Assembly (NCBI GenBank): GCA_951406725.2
Contig: OX597823.1
Location: forward strand, 51,708,001 to 51,772,000
Origin: Octopus vulgaris
Taxonomy: Eukaryota
DNA: 64,000 nucleotides
Direction of reading: 5' to 3'
This document shows, in pieces, positions 25,226-41,092 of this stretch. The notes below the pieces were generated by a model, which saw only the letters and a program-made list of their open reading frames with translations, did not search any database and was not told where the DNA came from. Every line of letters begins with the position of its first letter. Position 1 is the stretch's first letter. A program made the position numbers and the translations under genes.

Positions 25226-25714
25226 TTTCATACAGATTTAATTTAATTACTTTCACATGCAAGGACGTACACATGCATACTCATGCCCATGCAATTGTAT
25301 GTATGTATGTTCATATGTATGTATGTATGTATTAATGTATGTTCGTATATATGTATGCATATGCACACACACATACACATTTACATGTACAAGTATAAAC
25401 ACATAAGCGTATACTATAAGTGCGCATAAATAAAGATTGGTACACATACAGACGCATATAGTTTAATATACAGAATGAGGATACTTCACACATCTAGTTA
25501 TGCACATACATATACACACCTAAATCACACATTGATACTCACACATAAAACCACAAGTATATGTCTACAAAACAAAGGACACACATATATATATATATAT
25601 GCACACATGTACACTCATATACATACACACACACACACATGCACACACACACACACACATCTTTCCCTTCACTTAACTTCATGTGTTTCTAGCCATTACA
25701 CATAGTGTCATGAA

Positions 25715-25748
<34 letters not shown>

Positions 25749-25940
25749 GCATGTATAGGCACACAAAGATGTAATATACACATACAGTAACATACACAAA
25801 AATATGCCCACGAAAATGCATATATATATATATGCATGTGTATGTACATATATATATATATACACACACATACACATATATGCATACATATACATATATA
25901 TATATATATGTATATAAAATACACACACACACATACACAC

Positions 25941-25975
<35 letters not shown>

Positions 25976-26757
25976 AGCACATACATAAATACACACATAA
26001 ACAATTATATACAAAAATATAGATACATGCACACTGACATACACACACATACGCATACACACACATTATGCATACATGTATACACCTACATATACGCACA
26101 TATCGCATAAAACAAACACACACATCCTCTGATGAAGCATTGGGGCTGAAGAAAAAGAATTCCAGTGACCCCTTACACCTGCTTCAGTTTTCTTGGACAC
26201 ACTCATCCACTCTTCCTTCTACTCACACTACATCTCCCTCCCTATATTTCTCTCCTCCCATCCTCGCTCTCCCTCTCTTTTTATCTCGCTCTTTAATCAG
26301 TCTACATCAGTCTCTTTTAGTAAGTAGCTTCTCCCTCCACCGCACTCTATCTATCTAATGCTGTCTCTTTGTAGTAGACACACACAACTTACTACTTCCT
26401 AACTGTCTTAATTTTACTCCAGCACATCACCCTCCTCTCTTAAAACACATCTCTCACCTCCTTTCTCTCTCTCTCTTTATCCATTTTCTTTCTCTCTTTT
26501 CTCCACCTCTCCCTCTCTTATTACTTCCTCTTTATAATCTTCTCCTCATACTATTCCTTGCTGTTTATATTCCTTCAGTGGTCAGTTACATGGGCCCACA
26601 CCCCCACTGCCAACTGCACATCATCTGTGTTCTTAGTAGAAACTGTTTTACACTTCTAATTTCTTTCTGTGTGTGTGTATGTATGTGTGTGTGTGAGTTT
26701 CTCCACCTCCCTTTCTCCCTCCTTGTCTGTCTCTTGCTTATTCTACACTTGTGTACC

Positions 26758-26812
<55 letters not shown>

Positions 26813-26828
26813 TGACATACATATATAT

Positions 26829-26859
<31 letters not shown>

Positions 26860-26898
26860 GTATGTATGCATTTATGTATGTATGCCTTCAGGCATGTA

Positions 26899-26959
<61 letters not shown>

Positions 26960-27302
26960 TTATATATTTATATACATACATATACATATACATATATAGT
27001 TACACAGAGACATGAATAATAGATAGATAGATAGATAGATGCAGAGATAGAGTGAGATAAAGAGACAGACAGATAGATGCATAAATACACACATGCATGC
27101 ACTCGTGTGTGTGTGTATGTGCGTTAACACTCCAATATATAGTTATCTCTCTCACTCACACTATTCCCTTTTTCATTTCCCTCCTACTTTTACACTTATT
27201 TTTATTTCTTCACTCCACCTCTGAGACAATCTATCTCTTGTTTTCCCCCTCCCTGATTCTCTTTTTATTTTACATTTCCTCTCTCCCCTTTATTTTTTCT
27301 CC

Positions 27303-27344
<42 letters not shown>

Positions 27345-27447
27345 CTTACTCACACACACATGCACATACACACACACTTCTCTATTTCTGTACAGACAAA
27401 CATACATGTATAAATACACATAACACATACATGCCTTTAGACATATG

Positions 27448-27511
<64 letters not shown>

Positions 27512-27764
27512 CATACATACATACATACATACATACATACATACATACATACATACATACATACATACACATATATGTGTGTGTGTACATTCGTACATAT
27601 ATGCACACATTAATAAAGATATGAAATCACATACTTTTACTCTCTTTTTATGCATACTCCCACTCTTTGCAATCTCTTCTCATTTCTTTTCTCTGCTTTC
27701 TCTATTGTTCATCCTACTTAAATATTTTATTCCCCACCCTTTTCTGTCTTATTGCTTCAAATTA

Positions 27765-28475
27765 TTTATTATCCTCTTCATCTACCTTACCATAATCCTC
27801 ATCATTCTCCTCACCGTCATCATCATCATCAGCGCCAACAACATCATTGCAACTTGACCATCATCCCCATCATCATTACTATCACCATCCCATCATCATC
27901 ATCATCATCATCACTACCACCTCTCTCAAATCATCACTACAAATAATAATAATAGCATCTGTTTAAACATCATTGTGGTGATGATGATGATGAAGAATTT
28001 CATCATCATTTACATCATCATCATCATAGCCTGTCTTATCATTATCATAATTATTATAATCAACATCACCACCACAATCATCATCATTAACCTTATCATC
28101 ATAGTTATCATCATCATCATCATTGTCATTATCGTAATCGTCATCATTATCATCATCATCATCATTAGCAGCAGCATTATCATGATCACCATAAAGGTCC
28201 ACATCATGATGATCATCATCATCATCATTTTCAGCATTAATTTTATCTTTATCAAAAACATCAGCAACATTCTCCTCCTCATCATCATCACCATCATTAG
28301 CAACAGTAGTAGCACTTCTTCAATCTTCCACAATTAATCGTGATGATGATCATCATCATCATTGTCATCATCTTCATTGTTTTTGTTGTTCTTGTTGGTG
28401 GTGGTGTCATCATCATCAAGAGCTCTTGTATCAGCATTAGCATCAACATCAACATCCTCATCACCTATCTTCATC
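27765..28475. repeat. Degenerate (ATC)n low-complexity tract
   Basis: Direct reading. Confidence 0.88.
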
Positions 28476-29268
28476 AGTATTGTTGTTTCTTTATTCCACC
28501 CACTGCTGGTAGCAGTAGGCCCAGTTCACTATTACTGAACACTAGTGACCACTGACAGTGGCAAACTGACGATAAACTCACCATTGTCCATCCTACTTGT
28601 TCAGATCTATAATTCATATAAACACATCTTCCTATCTGCCCGCCTGCCTACCCCCACCACCATCCTCAGTTTTTCTTCTTTTTTTTTTTTTCAAATCTCT
28701 GGCCTTGAAGAGAATGAGCTTAAGATGTAGCAAGAATTAGAAAGGGGAGGGGTGACTGCACTTTATATGGCATGAGTATAGGTGTATGTACGTGTGTATG
28801 TGTGTCTGTATGTGTGTGTCTGTGTGATGGTGATGGTGATGGTGGTGATGGAGGAACTCCCAGAAGTAAGAATTAAATACAAAATTGGCAATAACCAAAA
28901 ATGAATATTTAATTCGTAACATTCCTTGAATAATGAACAACAATCAAAATCACGAATATTCTGCTTGTGTTTGGCGACTACTAAAATAACAAACAATAAG
29001 CAACAAAGTCCTTATTAGCGAAGACTGCACCACTGTCTGTCTATCTATCTATCTATCTATCTATATATATCACTAGCTACTACTACAACTACTATTATTA
29101 TTGAAATTGTGTTGCCATCCAATTAATTTAATAATGAATGCTGCTATCACTAGTACAAAGGGATGTTGTAGCTTGTTCATGTGTTAAAAACAGTTTATGA
29201 ATGATGACTGCTAAGTCACAGATCACTAACATTAACGATAATGATGTTTATGATGATAATGATGATGT

Positions 29269-29311
<43 letters not shown>

Positions 29312-29734
29312 AACGGTGATGATGCCTATGATAGTGATGTGAGTAATGGTGGCGATGGTGATATTGGTTAAGAGTGTTGATATTGTTGTTGTTGTTGGTG
29401 GTGGTGGTGGTTATGATGTTGGTCATAGTAATGGCATACGCAATGACAACGACAGGAGTTATGACAATAACAATGATGATGATGATGATGATGATGATGG
29501 TGAAGATAATGGGGAGAATGAGGAGGTATATGGATTGTGGTAATGATCCATTCCCTTATTTGTTATGAGGGGCTGACGGATACTTTAATTATAAACGTGG
29601 AAGCTCATTACGAAAATGGAAAACAAATATGGAAATATAAATATGAAATATATTATTGAGCAATCAGAATAAAGAAGAACTGAGTGTTTATCATTTTGTG
29701 TGTGTCTTTCTATAGATGCACATGCACATTCACG

Positions 29735-29765
<31 letters not shown>

Positions 29766-30518
29766 ATACACATATACTCAAAGGCAAATATACACACACA
29801 CATAAACACATATATATGCATTAAGGCAGGCATGTGAATGGATTTATTACGAAGAAACTGATATATATAAATGAATATATGTATATATATATACATGTGT
29901 ATATACGTATGTATATATATGTATGTGTATATATGTATTTATATATATGTATATGTTTATATATGTATGTCTATATATATGGATATATATAAAGCATATA
30001 TATATGTGTGTATGTGTATATAAATATATATATATATTTGCTGTAGTTTCAGTTTGGAGCTGTGGCCAGGCTGATATATATATATATATATATATATATT
30101 TACATATACATATACATATATATACATGAATATATATACATATAAATCCTTAAATCCTTAAAAAAGTTTTAGCCCGAAGGCCGCGGCCATGCTGGGGCAC
30201 CACCGCTGAATGAATATATATACATATACATGAATATATATACATATATATATATGTATATATATTCATGTATATATAGGTATATGTAAATATATGTATA
30301 TATGTATATATACATATATATATGTACATGTATATATGTGTGTATGTATATATCTCTATGTATGTATATATATATTCATATATATGTATGTATATATATC
30401 TATACATATACATATATATACATGTATATGCATGTATATATATGCATATATATATATGTATGGATGTATATATGTATGAATATGTGTATGCATATATATG
30501 TATGCATAAAAATATATG

Positions 30519-30636
<118 letters not shown>

Positions 30637-30707
30637 CATATATATATATATAAATATGTATATATATATATAAGTATGTAAGCAAGTACACATATAGATA
30701 CATATAT

Positions 30708-30791
30708 GCAAGTGTCTTCTACTATAGCCTCTAGCCGACTAAAGCCTTGTGAGTGGATTTGGCAGACAGAAACTAAAAGAAGCCTGCCGTA

Positions 30792-30837
<46 letters not shown>

Positions 30838-31075
30838 GAATGTATACGGTTGTGTGTCTGTATTTGTCCCCTAACATCACTTGACAACCGATGTTGGTGT
30901 GTTTATGTCCCCGTAACTTAGTGGTTCGGCAAAAGAGTCCGATAGAATAAATACTAGGCTTACAAAGAATAAGTTCGTGGGTCGATTTGCTCAACTAAAG
31001 GCGGTGATGTGGCATGGCTGCAGCCAAATGACTGAAACAGATAAAAAAATAAAAGAATAAAAAAATAAAAGAATA
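30708..31075 (+). mobile_element. SINE family B lacking the tRNA head
   Basis: GCAAGTGTCTTCTACTATAGCC..GTGAGTGGATTTGG..TGACTGAAACAG. Confidence 0.82.
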
Positions 31076-31102
31076 TATATACATGTGTCTGTATATATAT
31101 AT

Positions 31103-31137
<35 letters not shown>

Positions 31138-31271
31138 AATAACTATATATGTGTGTATATGTACCTGCAGATATATGTATATCTGTACACACAAACACAC
31201 ACACACATATATATATATATGTATGTATATGTACATATATATATATATGTATATATACATACATACAAACT

Positions 31272-31321
<50 letters not shown>

Positions 31322-32178
31322 TATGCATATATATAATATAAATAATATAAATAAAATCTGGCGTGTGATTGAGTGGATTTCATCAAGATAGCCTTGGCTG
31401 AAGAGCTACAAATGGATTACTGTAAGTAATATTACATTTAATTCATTAATAGCGAAAACAATTGTCCCAAGATAATCTGTATTTTTGTTATTTTTTATTT
31501 GCCCTGTCCGTGTGAGCTAACAGTCGTACCGGCTTTCATGGGAAACATGTATTTTTCGTGGTTGAAACCTCTTGGATTAACTGGTGCTAGAGTGATCAAT
31601 ATAGTGAACACTCTCTTATATTTATTTTGTGAAAATATTATAATATGTTATAAAATATTATAATAATCCAGGTTTCTCGTAGCACTAGGCCACTTGGTGT
31701 GGAATAAATATACTATTAAATTAGTATCTAATTCTCTCACCCTTATTAATTAATTATATATGCATATATATATATATATGTATATATGTATATATATGTA
31801 TGTGTATGTATATATGTATATGTATACATGTATGTATGTATATATGTATACATGTGTATATGTGTATATGTATATATCTACATATGTTTATGTGTATATA
31901 TATATACACATATATATATATATGTATATGTATATACCTATGACTTAATTTCTTTTATTGTCCATTTGTCCATGCTGGTGTGGGTTGGATATTTTGTATA
32001 GGGCTGGTAACCTGAGAGGCTGAGCCAGACTCCAATCTGAATTGGCATTTTTCTATGGCTGGATGCCCTTCCTAATGCCTACCACTCCGATTTTGTAATC
32101 CATGCTTTTATATGCTGCTGGCATGTGTGTATATATGTATGTATTATGTATATATTATCCTGTATATACATAATATAC

Positions 32179-32221
<43 letters not shown>

Positions 32222-32677
32222 ATGTATATAAGGGTCTGTTTATCTGTATGTGTTTTTGTGAGTGTGTGTGTGTGTGTGTGTGTATGTGTGCTTGTGTGCA
32301 TGTAGGTGTGTGTGTATGAGTATGTGTTTTCGTGGTCAATTCTCTTGAGAGCATCCAATGTTTTTTAAATGAGTATTATCAACAAAGAAGCAATGTTGTT
32401 TGTTTTGAGTTTTCAATGAAGTTAGTCTGTTTGGCCATGTGGGAATATTGCCTTTCACCTTACCTGGAAACAGGTGAGGGTTTGTAACATGACTGACTTC
32501 TGACTACAGAAAAATTGTGCCTCAGCATATTGTACTTGTACCAGACTGCCTGGAAAACATGGTTGCTTTGGAAATGACTATACGTACAAGGAGGAGGCAG
32601 TGATCTATCTATCTATTTATCTATCTATATATACATACATGCTTATATATACATATATATATATACATATATATATG

Positions 32678-32732
<55 letters not shown>

Positions 32733-33160
32733 GTATGTTTGTGTGTTTATATATGTATATATCATTATAGATATAGGGTAAATAATTATTAATTTATAAT
32801 ATATAAAATTTCACCAAGTAGTTTCGGTATGGAAAGGAATCATATTCGGTAAAAACTTATGCAAGAAGTTTTATATATAATTATATATATAATTATATAT
32901 AATTATATATATATGTATATGTATATATATATATGTATATATATTTATATATATGTATACACATATTTATATATATATAATACACATATATATATATATA
33001 TAGATTTATATATATGCATATATATCTAAATATATGTATACACATATATATATATGCTTACACATATATATACATATATAAATGCATATATATGTAGGTA
33101 CGTACATATATGTTTATATATATGCATATGTTTTATTTCATTTATTAATATACATATATA

Positions 33161-33197
<37 letters not shown>

Positions 33198-33269
33198 ATA
33201 TATATGTTTATTTATATATATACATATATATACACATGTTGATGTATATATATGTATATATATACATGC

Positions 33270-33347
<78 letters not shown>

Positions 33348-33523
33348 TACATGTATATATATGCATATATATACATAAATAAATTTTACCGGTGAGTGTG
33401 TTAAATTATATAGCTCTAAAGGAGACACGACAAATTATATATATTGTGTATATATATATATAACGGGAAGCTTTATGAAAATAGACAAAAGACGAAGGCA
33501 GGTGGAAAACAAACAAACAATTG

Positions 33524-33570
<47 letters not shown>

Positions 33571-34171
33571 GGTAGAAAGAGAGAATTCACTAAAAAAAAA
33601 CAAAAGACGAAGACAGATGGTGTAGACAACAAACAGATGCATTAGTTTAATGCTTGGGAAGTAAAAAAGTATTGTATATATATGTATATGCATATTTATA
33701 TGTATATGTATACATACATATATAAGCATATATTTATATGCATATGCATATATATATATATACATATTTAAAAAACAATATTGTTTTAAGATATGCTAGG
33801 CCACTGCATAAAAATATAATTTATACACATAAATATAACTTGTAGAACTTTATACATGCTGGACTTCGGTTGAGCGTTCTGTACCTACTTCTGGAAATTG
33901 TGTTTTGTAAACGACAAACTATGCTGCTGATCTTGCAGATGTTTACGTGTCCATATATGTAAATATTAACAAGTGAAACTAATTAGTACATAGGTAATCG
34001 TTTGTTATTTTTTCGTATATTTTCATTTGTCTTGCTTATTTTTATGGTTTGGGTTTATGCTGAGTTTTTTTCTTGAGAACACATTCTTCGTGGAAAATGG
34101 CGATTTTAATGTCTACATCTAGCATAAAGGCTGTCCACTTTTAGTGGTCAGTCCTCTAAATTTTGTATATA

Positions 34172-34227
<56 letters not shown>

Positions 34228-34238
34228 TATACATATAT

Positions 34239-34290
<52 letters not shown>

Positions 34291-34316
34291 ATATATGTAT
34301 ATATAAATATATCATA

Positions 34317-35313
34317 TCTATAAAAGGGAGGATGTGTATGCGTGTGTGTGTACGTGATTGTAATTTATGCACATCCACAAATTAGCACGCATGGCGCTCA
34401 GATTTTCGGAGGACATTTGTCAACATCCTATCTGGGTTTTGTCAACTTATTTTTTTCCCGAGGCACCCGCGGATAGGGTAAAAATATTTTTTCAACCATA
34501 GCTTTTAACCATAACAAATATCAGCCATTGCATTTTGATGGCGTCTAACAAAAAAAATACGATAAAGAAAAGTGGAATATGGAGGCAGAGAGTTTCACGG
34601 GAAAGACAAAGTGAGAGAGGGAGAGAGAGAGCCATGCTTTTTTGACGGCTTCTAACAAAATAAAATACGATAAAGAAAAGTGGAAGAAGGAGGCAGAGAG
34701 TTTCACGGGTAAGACTTAGTGAGAGAGGGAGAGAGAGAGAGTAAGTGACTACGTTCATAAAAATAAAATGTAAAAATGTTTTGTTTTTTTGTTTTTGAAA
34801 GGCACACTATATTTTATATATCATAGTATATATACTTTCTCACACAACAATTACAATATATTTATTTTAAATATTTTATTTATTTTAAATCGTTTATCTT
34901 TCTTCCCTCTCTCTCTCACATTACTTTGGGTGTGAAAGAGTTTTGTTTTTATTTTATGCCGAGTAAAAAAGTGTTTTGTTGACAATCCATTTATTTAACA
35001 ACAAAGAAACAAAGAGGTGAGTAACAATTTGTAAGTGAATTACACAATATAAATGGGTACAATTTGCGAGGCTTCCACCACACCCCACTCCGTTTCACAG
35101 ACCACAAATAGGGTTTAGAGGCCAGAGTAGTTGATTCCATGCAAAAAAAAAGATTTCTTTTCTTAGTGAAAATTGTGCGAGTGTTAATCTACAAATTTAA
35201 CATTTTTTCCATTCATTTTTGTTTATGAACATGTATGCGTGCACAAAACATGCAATAGGTGTACGTACATGTGTGTATGTGTGTTCGTGTCTGTTGCCCA
35301 TATATATTTATAT

Positions 35314-35380
<67 letters not shown>

Positions 35381-35502
35381 CTAATTTCAACGGATTTCGC
35401 CAAAATTTGACGTCTATATTACTTAGTTTGGTTTGAAATAAAAAACTTGATTAGCTTAATAATCGTAACTTAATCCTGGGCAAGGCCGGGTTATACTGCT
35501 AG
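34317..35502 (+). mobile_element. Non-autonomous Helitron
   Basis: 5' A|TCTATAAAAGGG; 3' hairpin CCTGG-GCAAGG-CCGGG (35475-35490) then CTAG|T (35499-35503); internal ~108-bp tandem duplication at 34533-34740. Confidence 0.72.
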
Positions 35503-35952
35503 TATGTATGTATATATATATGCGTTCGTAATACTTTTTTTCGTTCGGCGCTAACAGCCCTTCTTATCTCGTTTTTCCTTGTCCTGTCTTTTACTGCTTA
35601 TTTTTTGTACTGTCGTTACTGTCCTGGTTTTGTTACCATTTTTACCCCTCTGCGAAAAGATCTCAAATTTTAATTGATTTGCTTTTCGCAGGAAGGAAAG
35701 TTTCTTATCGAAGATACGTCTCGCCTTCACCTTCGAAACGTAGAGTAGATGAAACCATGGCGACTGAAGAAGGGTTTTTTTTTCTTTGTGTTACTTGTCC
35801 TGTACTCTATTTTTTTGTTGTTTAAAAAAATGTCCAGTTCCTTGGGTTTGTGTCTATGTTTTCGTTTCTCATTGTGTTTCTCATATGCGTGTATATATAC
35901 ATGTAGAGGTAGGTACGTACATATATGTATATATATGCATATGTTTTATTTA

Positions 35953-35999
<47 letters not shown>

Positions 36000-36002
<3 letters not shown>

Positions 36003-36265
36003 AGTGTGATCGTTGCCAGGGCGGCTAACTGGTTTTCATGCCGGTGGCACGTAAAAGGCACCATTCGAGTGTGATCGTTACCAGCATCGCCTTACTTGCA
36101 CCTGTGCTGGTGGCATGTGTAAAAATATTCGAGAGAGATCGTTGCCAGTACTGCCTGACTGGCCCCCGTGCCGGTGGCAGATAAAAGCACCTGCTGTACT
36201 CTCGGCGTGGTTGGCGTTAGGAAGGGGCATCCAGCTGTTGCGATGGATGCCCTTCCAACTTCTTC
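36000..36265 (+). mobile_element. SINE-like family C fragment
   Basis: GCCGGTGGCACGTAAAAGGCACC repeats and GGTTGGCGTTAGGAAGGGGCATCCAGCTG. Confidence 0.75.
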
Positions 36266-36359
36266 CCCCTCCTGTGTTAACCGTCTGTTCGGCAGTCGCC
36301 ATGATAGATCGGTAGCCACTACATACATTTGTTTTCTATCGTTGTTTTTTTCTGTGTCC

Positions 36360-36395
36360 CTTTCTGTAGAAGAACGTAGGCTCGAAACGTAAAAG
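36360..36395 (+). ncRNA. Minimal hammerhead-like motif with variant core CUGUAGA, in a PLE-type repeat (~36290-36490)
   Basis: CTTT-CTGTAGA-A-GAAC-GTAG-GCTC-GAAAC-GTA-AAAG; homologous to 53234-53271. Confidence 0.6.
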
Positions 36396-36496
36396 ACTTC
36401 TTCAATTCCTGAGCGTTATACTGATACATCTGTTTGTTTGTACACCTCCTGTCTTCGTCTTTTGTTTAATTTCGTGAACTCTCCCTGTATAGATAA

Positions 36497-36538
<42 letters not shown>

Positions 36539-36707
36539 CGATCATTCATTTTTATAATTTTTGAGGTCTAGTTATATGTTTTATAAAAATATATATATTA
36601 TTTGTTATTTATGTTTGGTTTATGTCTATCACTGTTTCAGTTGCATAGTAGTGGTTTTATCTCTAATTTATATTTAATATATATATATATATAAATATGT
36701 ATATATG

Positions 36708-36794
<87 letters not shown>

Positions 36795-36798
<4 letters not shown>

Positions 36799-37918
36799 GG
36801 TCATACCATATATAACGTGATTTTTTTAATACTTCTAAACTAATATACACAATGTTCTTTTCAAATCTAAATTATGCTCTCCTTCATGTTCTACAATACT
36901 GTTCCTGCTTTCTGGTAGACTTGCAAAATTCACTTGCCCTCGACGAAAAATACTCATCCAGTACTGTTCTGACCTCGTCTACAGAATTCATATTTTTTCA
37001 ATCCAAATTATTTTGAAGACTGCATAATAAATGGTAATCAGATGGGGCATTATCCATCGAATATGGTTGATGAGGCATCATTTCCCATTCAAACTGCTCC
37101 CGCCTTATATGTGGCTGAGTATTATCGTGATGGAAGATCACTTTTCGTCTTGAAATTAAAGAAGATCGTTTTTCTTCTAGTGTTGCTTACGCCACTAAAG
37201 CTGCTGCAGTAGAATTCCTATGTTATTGTTTGATTTGGATTTAAAAGTTTAAAGTAGACTAATTTATATCCCACCAAATAGATAACAACACCTTACATGG
37301 GTGAAGACCTTCTTTAGCCTGGGGTGCTGCTATTTCTCTTTTCCCTGCACATTGTCTACGGCGCTTGACATTTTTATATAGAATCCATCACCAGTCACTA
37401 TTCGTTCCAAAAGTGGTTCATTCGTGAAACGTGCCAACAAAGAAGAGCACACATTCACTCTCTGCACGCGATTAGACTCGGAAATTTGTGAGAAACCCAT
37501 TAATCCAATTTGCTGACTTTTTCGATGGCACGCAGTTGTTGATAAATGGTTAAATGATCAAATCCAAGCTTTTATGCTATTTCCTCAATAGTTACGATGG
37601 GATTTTTTCCCACTATGGTTTGCAGGACATCCTCTTCGAGCTCTACAGATCTTCCAGGACTAGGCTCGTCTTCTAGGCTGTAGCTTCCAGCTCGGAATTT
37701 CTGGAACCACCGTTGACACTTGCTTACTCTTATTGTCTGATCCCCATATATTGAATTAATATTCCTCGCCCTCTCGGTTGCATTGTTGCCTTTATTGCAC
37801 TCAAAGCAAAATATGCCGAATGTGCTCCTGTCTTACTTTCTTTATAGCATTGAAAAAAAACAACTGTTAAAATTGAACTATACTCTTCAAAACTTGCACT
37901 AACAATAAAGACAAGGTA
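36795..37918 (-). mobile_element. Mariner (DD34D-type) transposon, decayed
   Basis: Minus-strand remnants EHIRHILL, RWFQKFRAGSYSLEDEPSPGRS, WVSH, RIVTGD, FHHDNTQPH and PHQPYSMDNAPSDYHL. The left end abuts (TA)n; the right TIR was not found. Confidence 0.85.
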
Positions 37919-38031
37919 AAATCAGAATTCAGCTGCATATCATATGATTTCACAATTAGTGCACAAAATGCACTTTTGAATCGTCAGTGCAAGCATAAGT
38001 CAAGACACATAAAAGTGAACAAAAAATCAAC

Positions 38032-38070
<39 letters not shown>

Positions 38071-38706
38071 AAAAAATCAACTATGTATAGTAATGTCCTT
38101 AATATAAATAAATATATTTAAGAAGAATAGTTGATGGATTTACCCTTATGAGATTTTTCACGCTAACTACTTGATAAAATCTTATCAAGATTTTATCCTA
38201 TTTTTCAATTGTAAATTTAACCGGAATAAATTCAGTGCTGAATCTTATTCTGAATAAACACGTCTACCAAGATGCAATTCGAAAGCCCGCCTTTTACATA
38301 GATATATAAGTGTGAACTATTTCTATGTACTATGCTGGAAGCATTTGGTGTTCGTCTGGTATGTTGATATTTTGCTCATTTTTATGTGTCTTGAATTATG
38401 CTTACACTTACGATTAAAAAGTTCATGTTGTGCACTAATTTTAAAATCATATGATATGCAGCTGAATTCTGATTTTAAAATGCTCGCTTCGAGGGCTGCA
38501 TTCCCTCGCGTTCGGTACAATGTATTTATTTGTTATGGTAGTTTGACTCTTTAAGAGTCCCTCCTTAGCGTGAGGCATTTATGTATAGTAATGCCCTTAA
38601 TATAAATAAATATATTTAAGAGGAATAATTGATGGATTTGTCCCTTATGAGGTTTTTCACGCCAACTACTTGATAAATTCTTATAAAGATTTTATCCTAT
38701 TTTTCA

Positions 38707-38712
<6 letters not shown>
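37919..38712. repeat. Interleaved inverted (~115 bp) and direct (~130 bp) repeats, PLE pseudo-LTR-like
   Basis: 37919-38033 is the reverse complement of 38361-38476; 38083-38213 repeats at 38580-38712. Confidence 0.8.
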
Positions 38713-38754
<42 letters not shown>

Positions 38755-39552
38755 CATATGTCTACTATACACCATTTTAAACACGTGAATACTTGTGTGT
38801 AAGTTTGTAAGTGTGTGTGTATGTTTCAGTGTATGTGTGTGTGTGTGTATGTGTGTGTGTGTCACATCCTATAACTGTCTGTCTCTCCACGTTTGTAGGG
38901 TCTTCCGTCAAACTTTTCATAGTTGGTATATTGAAATAATTTTCCACGTTAAATCCGATTTTGCTATTTATTTGTTTCAGAAAAATTGCAGAAAAATGTT
39001 ACTGAGGTTTAAAGTTTAATCAATTTTACCTAATCAGAAAACAGGATTTGGAGACTGGCATTTTCAGCATGATACTTGTCTATCACAAAATTAAGACAAA
39101 CTCATTACGAGGAGGATTTTTTATTAAAACAAACGAAAGTAAAGCATTACGACGACCAAAGGTGTTAATTTAAAAAATCTTAGTTTCAATGAAGTCATGT
39201 GAAACGGTCGAGCAGGCATGTAACTAATTTTAAAAAAGAAAATTTGCGAAAAATTTGTCAAATCTGTTCTGATTCAGAGGTCTATCTGTCGGGAAAGGCA
39301 TGGTCTGACAAGGAATAAACAAAAATCTATATAAGACATTCTATTGTAAAAATTGCCCCGGTAACGACGGTCTATGCAGCTAGTACACACGCACACACAC
39401 ACACACATATGGCATGCAAGTCCAGTTTCTGTCAAACTCATGCCACCATTGATAAGAGACATTAACCGGCGATGATGATAAAGAAGTTTATATATGTATG
39501 TGTGTGCTGTGTGTGCCCGCGCTGTGTGTGCCCACGCTGTGTGTGCCCACGC

Positions 39553-39589
<37 letters not shown>

Positions 39590-39726
39590 ACGTGCGCGCA
39601 GGCTGTGTGTAGCCAAAAGATTTTAGATTCTTTTTATATACAAGAACTTTGCCGCACTACTTAATTCCAGATCCGAATTTTTTGCAAATGTTACCATAGA
39701 GGCAAATTTATTTTGTCCAACATATA

Positions 39727-40994
39727 CAGGGTGCGGTGAATAAATTGTCGTCTAAATTACGCAAAAATGAAAATAATACTGACATCTCATTTTAACAGAT
39801 ACATTTACCAAAATTACAAAATATATCTTGAAATACTAAAGAGTAAATTTATTCCAAAAAATCGCCATTGGCTTCAACCACGACCTCCAGACGACTTCGG
39901 AATCTTCTGCAACTCTTCTGGACGGTCTCCTTGTTTAAGTTGGTGAATGTTGCCATAATCGTTGTCTTCAGTTCATCTTTGCTGTCACAAGGAGTTTTGT
40001 TTGTCTCTCGCTCAACTGCGCACCACACATGATAATGAAGGGGATTGCAGTCTGGGAAGTTAAGTAGTCAGATGTTAGGGGTGGTGTGGTCTCACAAATT
40101 GTCTGACAACCACGAATGAGTCCTCCTGCTGGTATGGCATGGTGCTGAATCTTGTTGCCAGACATAGGGTCTTCCAGTAGCCCCCACCCTCTTTACCCAG
40201 GGTAGCGCTACCTCCTCCAGGCATTTGATGTAGGCTTCCGTGTTGATTGTGAGGCCCAGGAGGCTTGTGATCACTCCAAACGTCATGATGTTGACTGGAT
40301 GTTTGGTTTTTATCACTCTCGGTACATGTCTTGGGAACACGGCAGGCCACGGTTGTTCTGTGTGTTCACGATCTGATCCTGGCAGAAATTTTTCTCGTCT
40401 GAGAAAAACCAAAGCATGATCGGTTGGAAGGGATGCTTGAATTTGTTCAAAAGATTCGTAGCGCAGTCTTTCCTCTTGTCCTTGATGGTGTGGGATAAAC
40501 ATTGTCTCTTTCTCATCTTGTATGAGGAATATCTAATGTCTTCATGCATTAGCTGCCTTGTTAGAAACTCAGACACTCTCATGTCCCTTGTGATGGACCT
40601 GATTGACTTGGAGGGATCGTTGTCAATCATGGCCTGGATCTCACCAACAATTTCAGTTCTTTCTTTCTTTCTTATCAGAACGATCAGAGTGAGTTTTCCG
40701 AACTGCTGTATCTTCGTAATCGCCATTAGACTCATCTGACTCTCGCCGAATCCTCTGCACTCTTCTCAGATTGACATCCAAGCACTCTGAAGAAATGTTA
40801 GGACTGGAGCTTCAGGTGAAAAATATAGCATGTCGTTTCCAAATTTCCGGAAGAATGAACTGCATCGTGATGCTGTTTTTCTCGTAGACGGTGTCTAACA
40901 GACCCTATTATACTGTGTAGTCAACAAAATCAAAAACAAACAATGCGCGAAAGGTAAATATATAAAATGACGACAATTTACCCATCGCACCCTG
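39727..40994 (-). mobile_element. Tc1/mariner superfamily transposon, probably maT/DD37D, with both TIRs
   Basis: 26-bp TIRs CAGGGTGCG.TG..TAAATTGTCGTC, TA on the left flank; transposase fragments WFFSDEKNF, VWQQDSAPCHTS and PDCNP across frameshifted ORFs 40313-40735 and 40092-40502. Confidence 0.88.
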
Positions 40995-41041
40995 TGTGTG
41001 TATGTATGTATGTATGTATGTATATATACACATACATGTAT

Positions 41042-41092
<51 letters not shown>

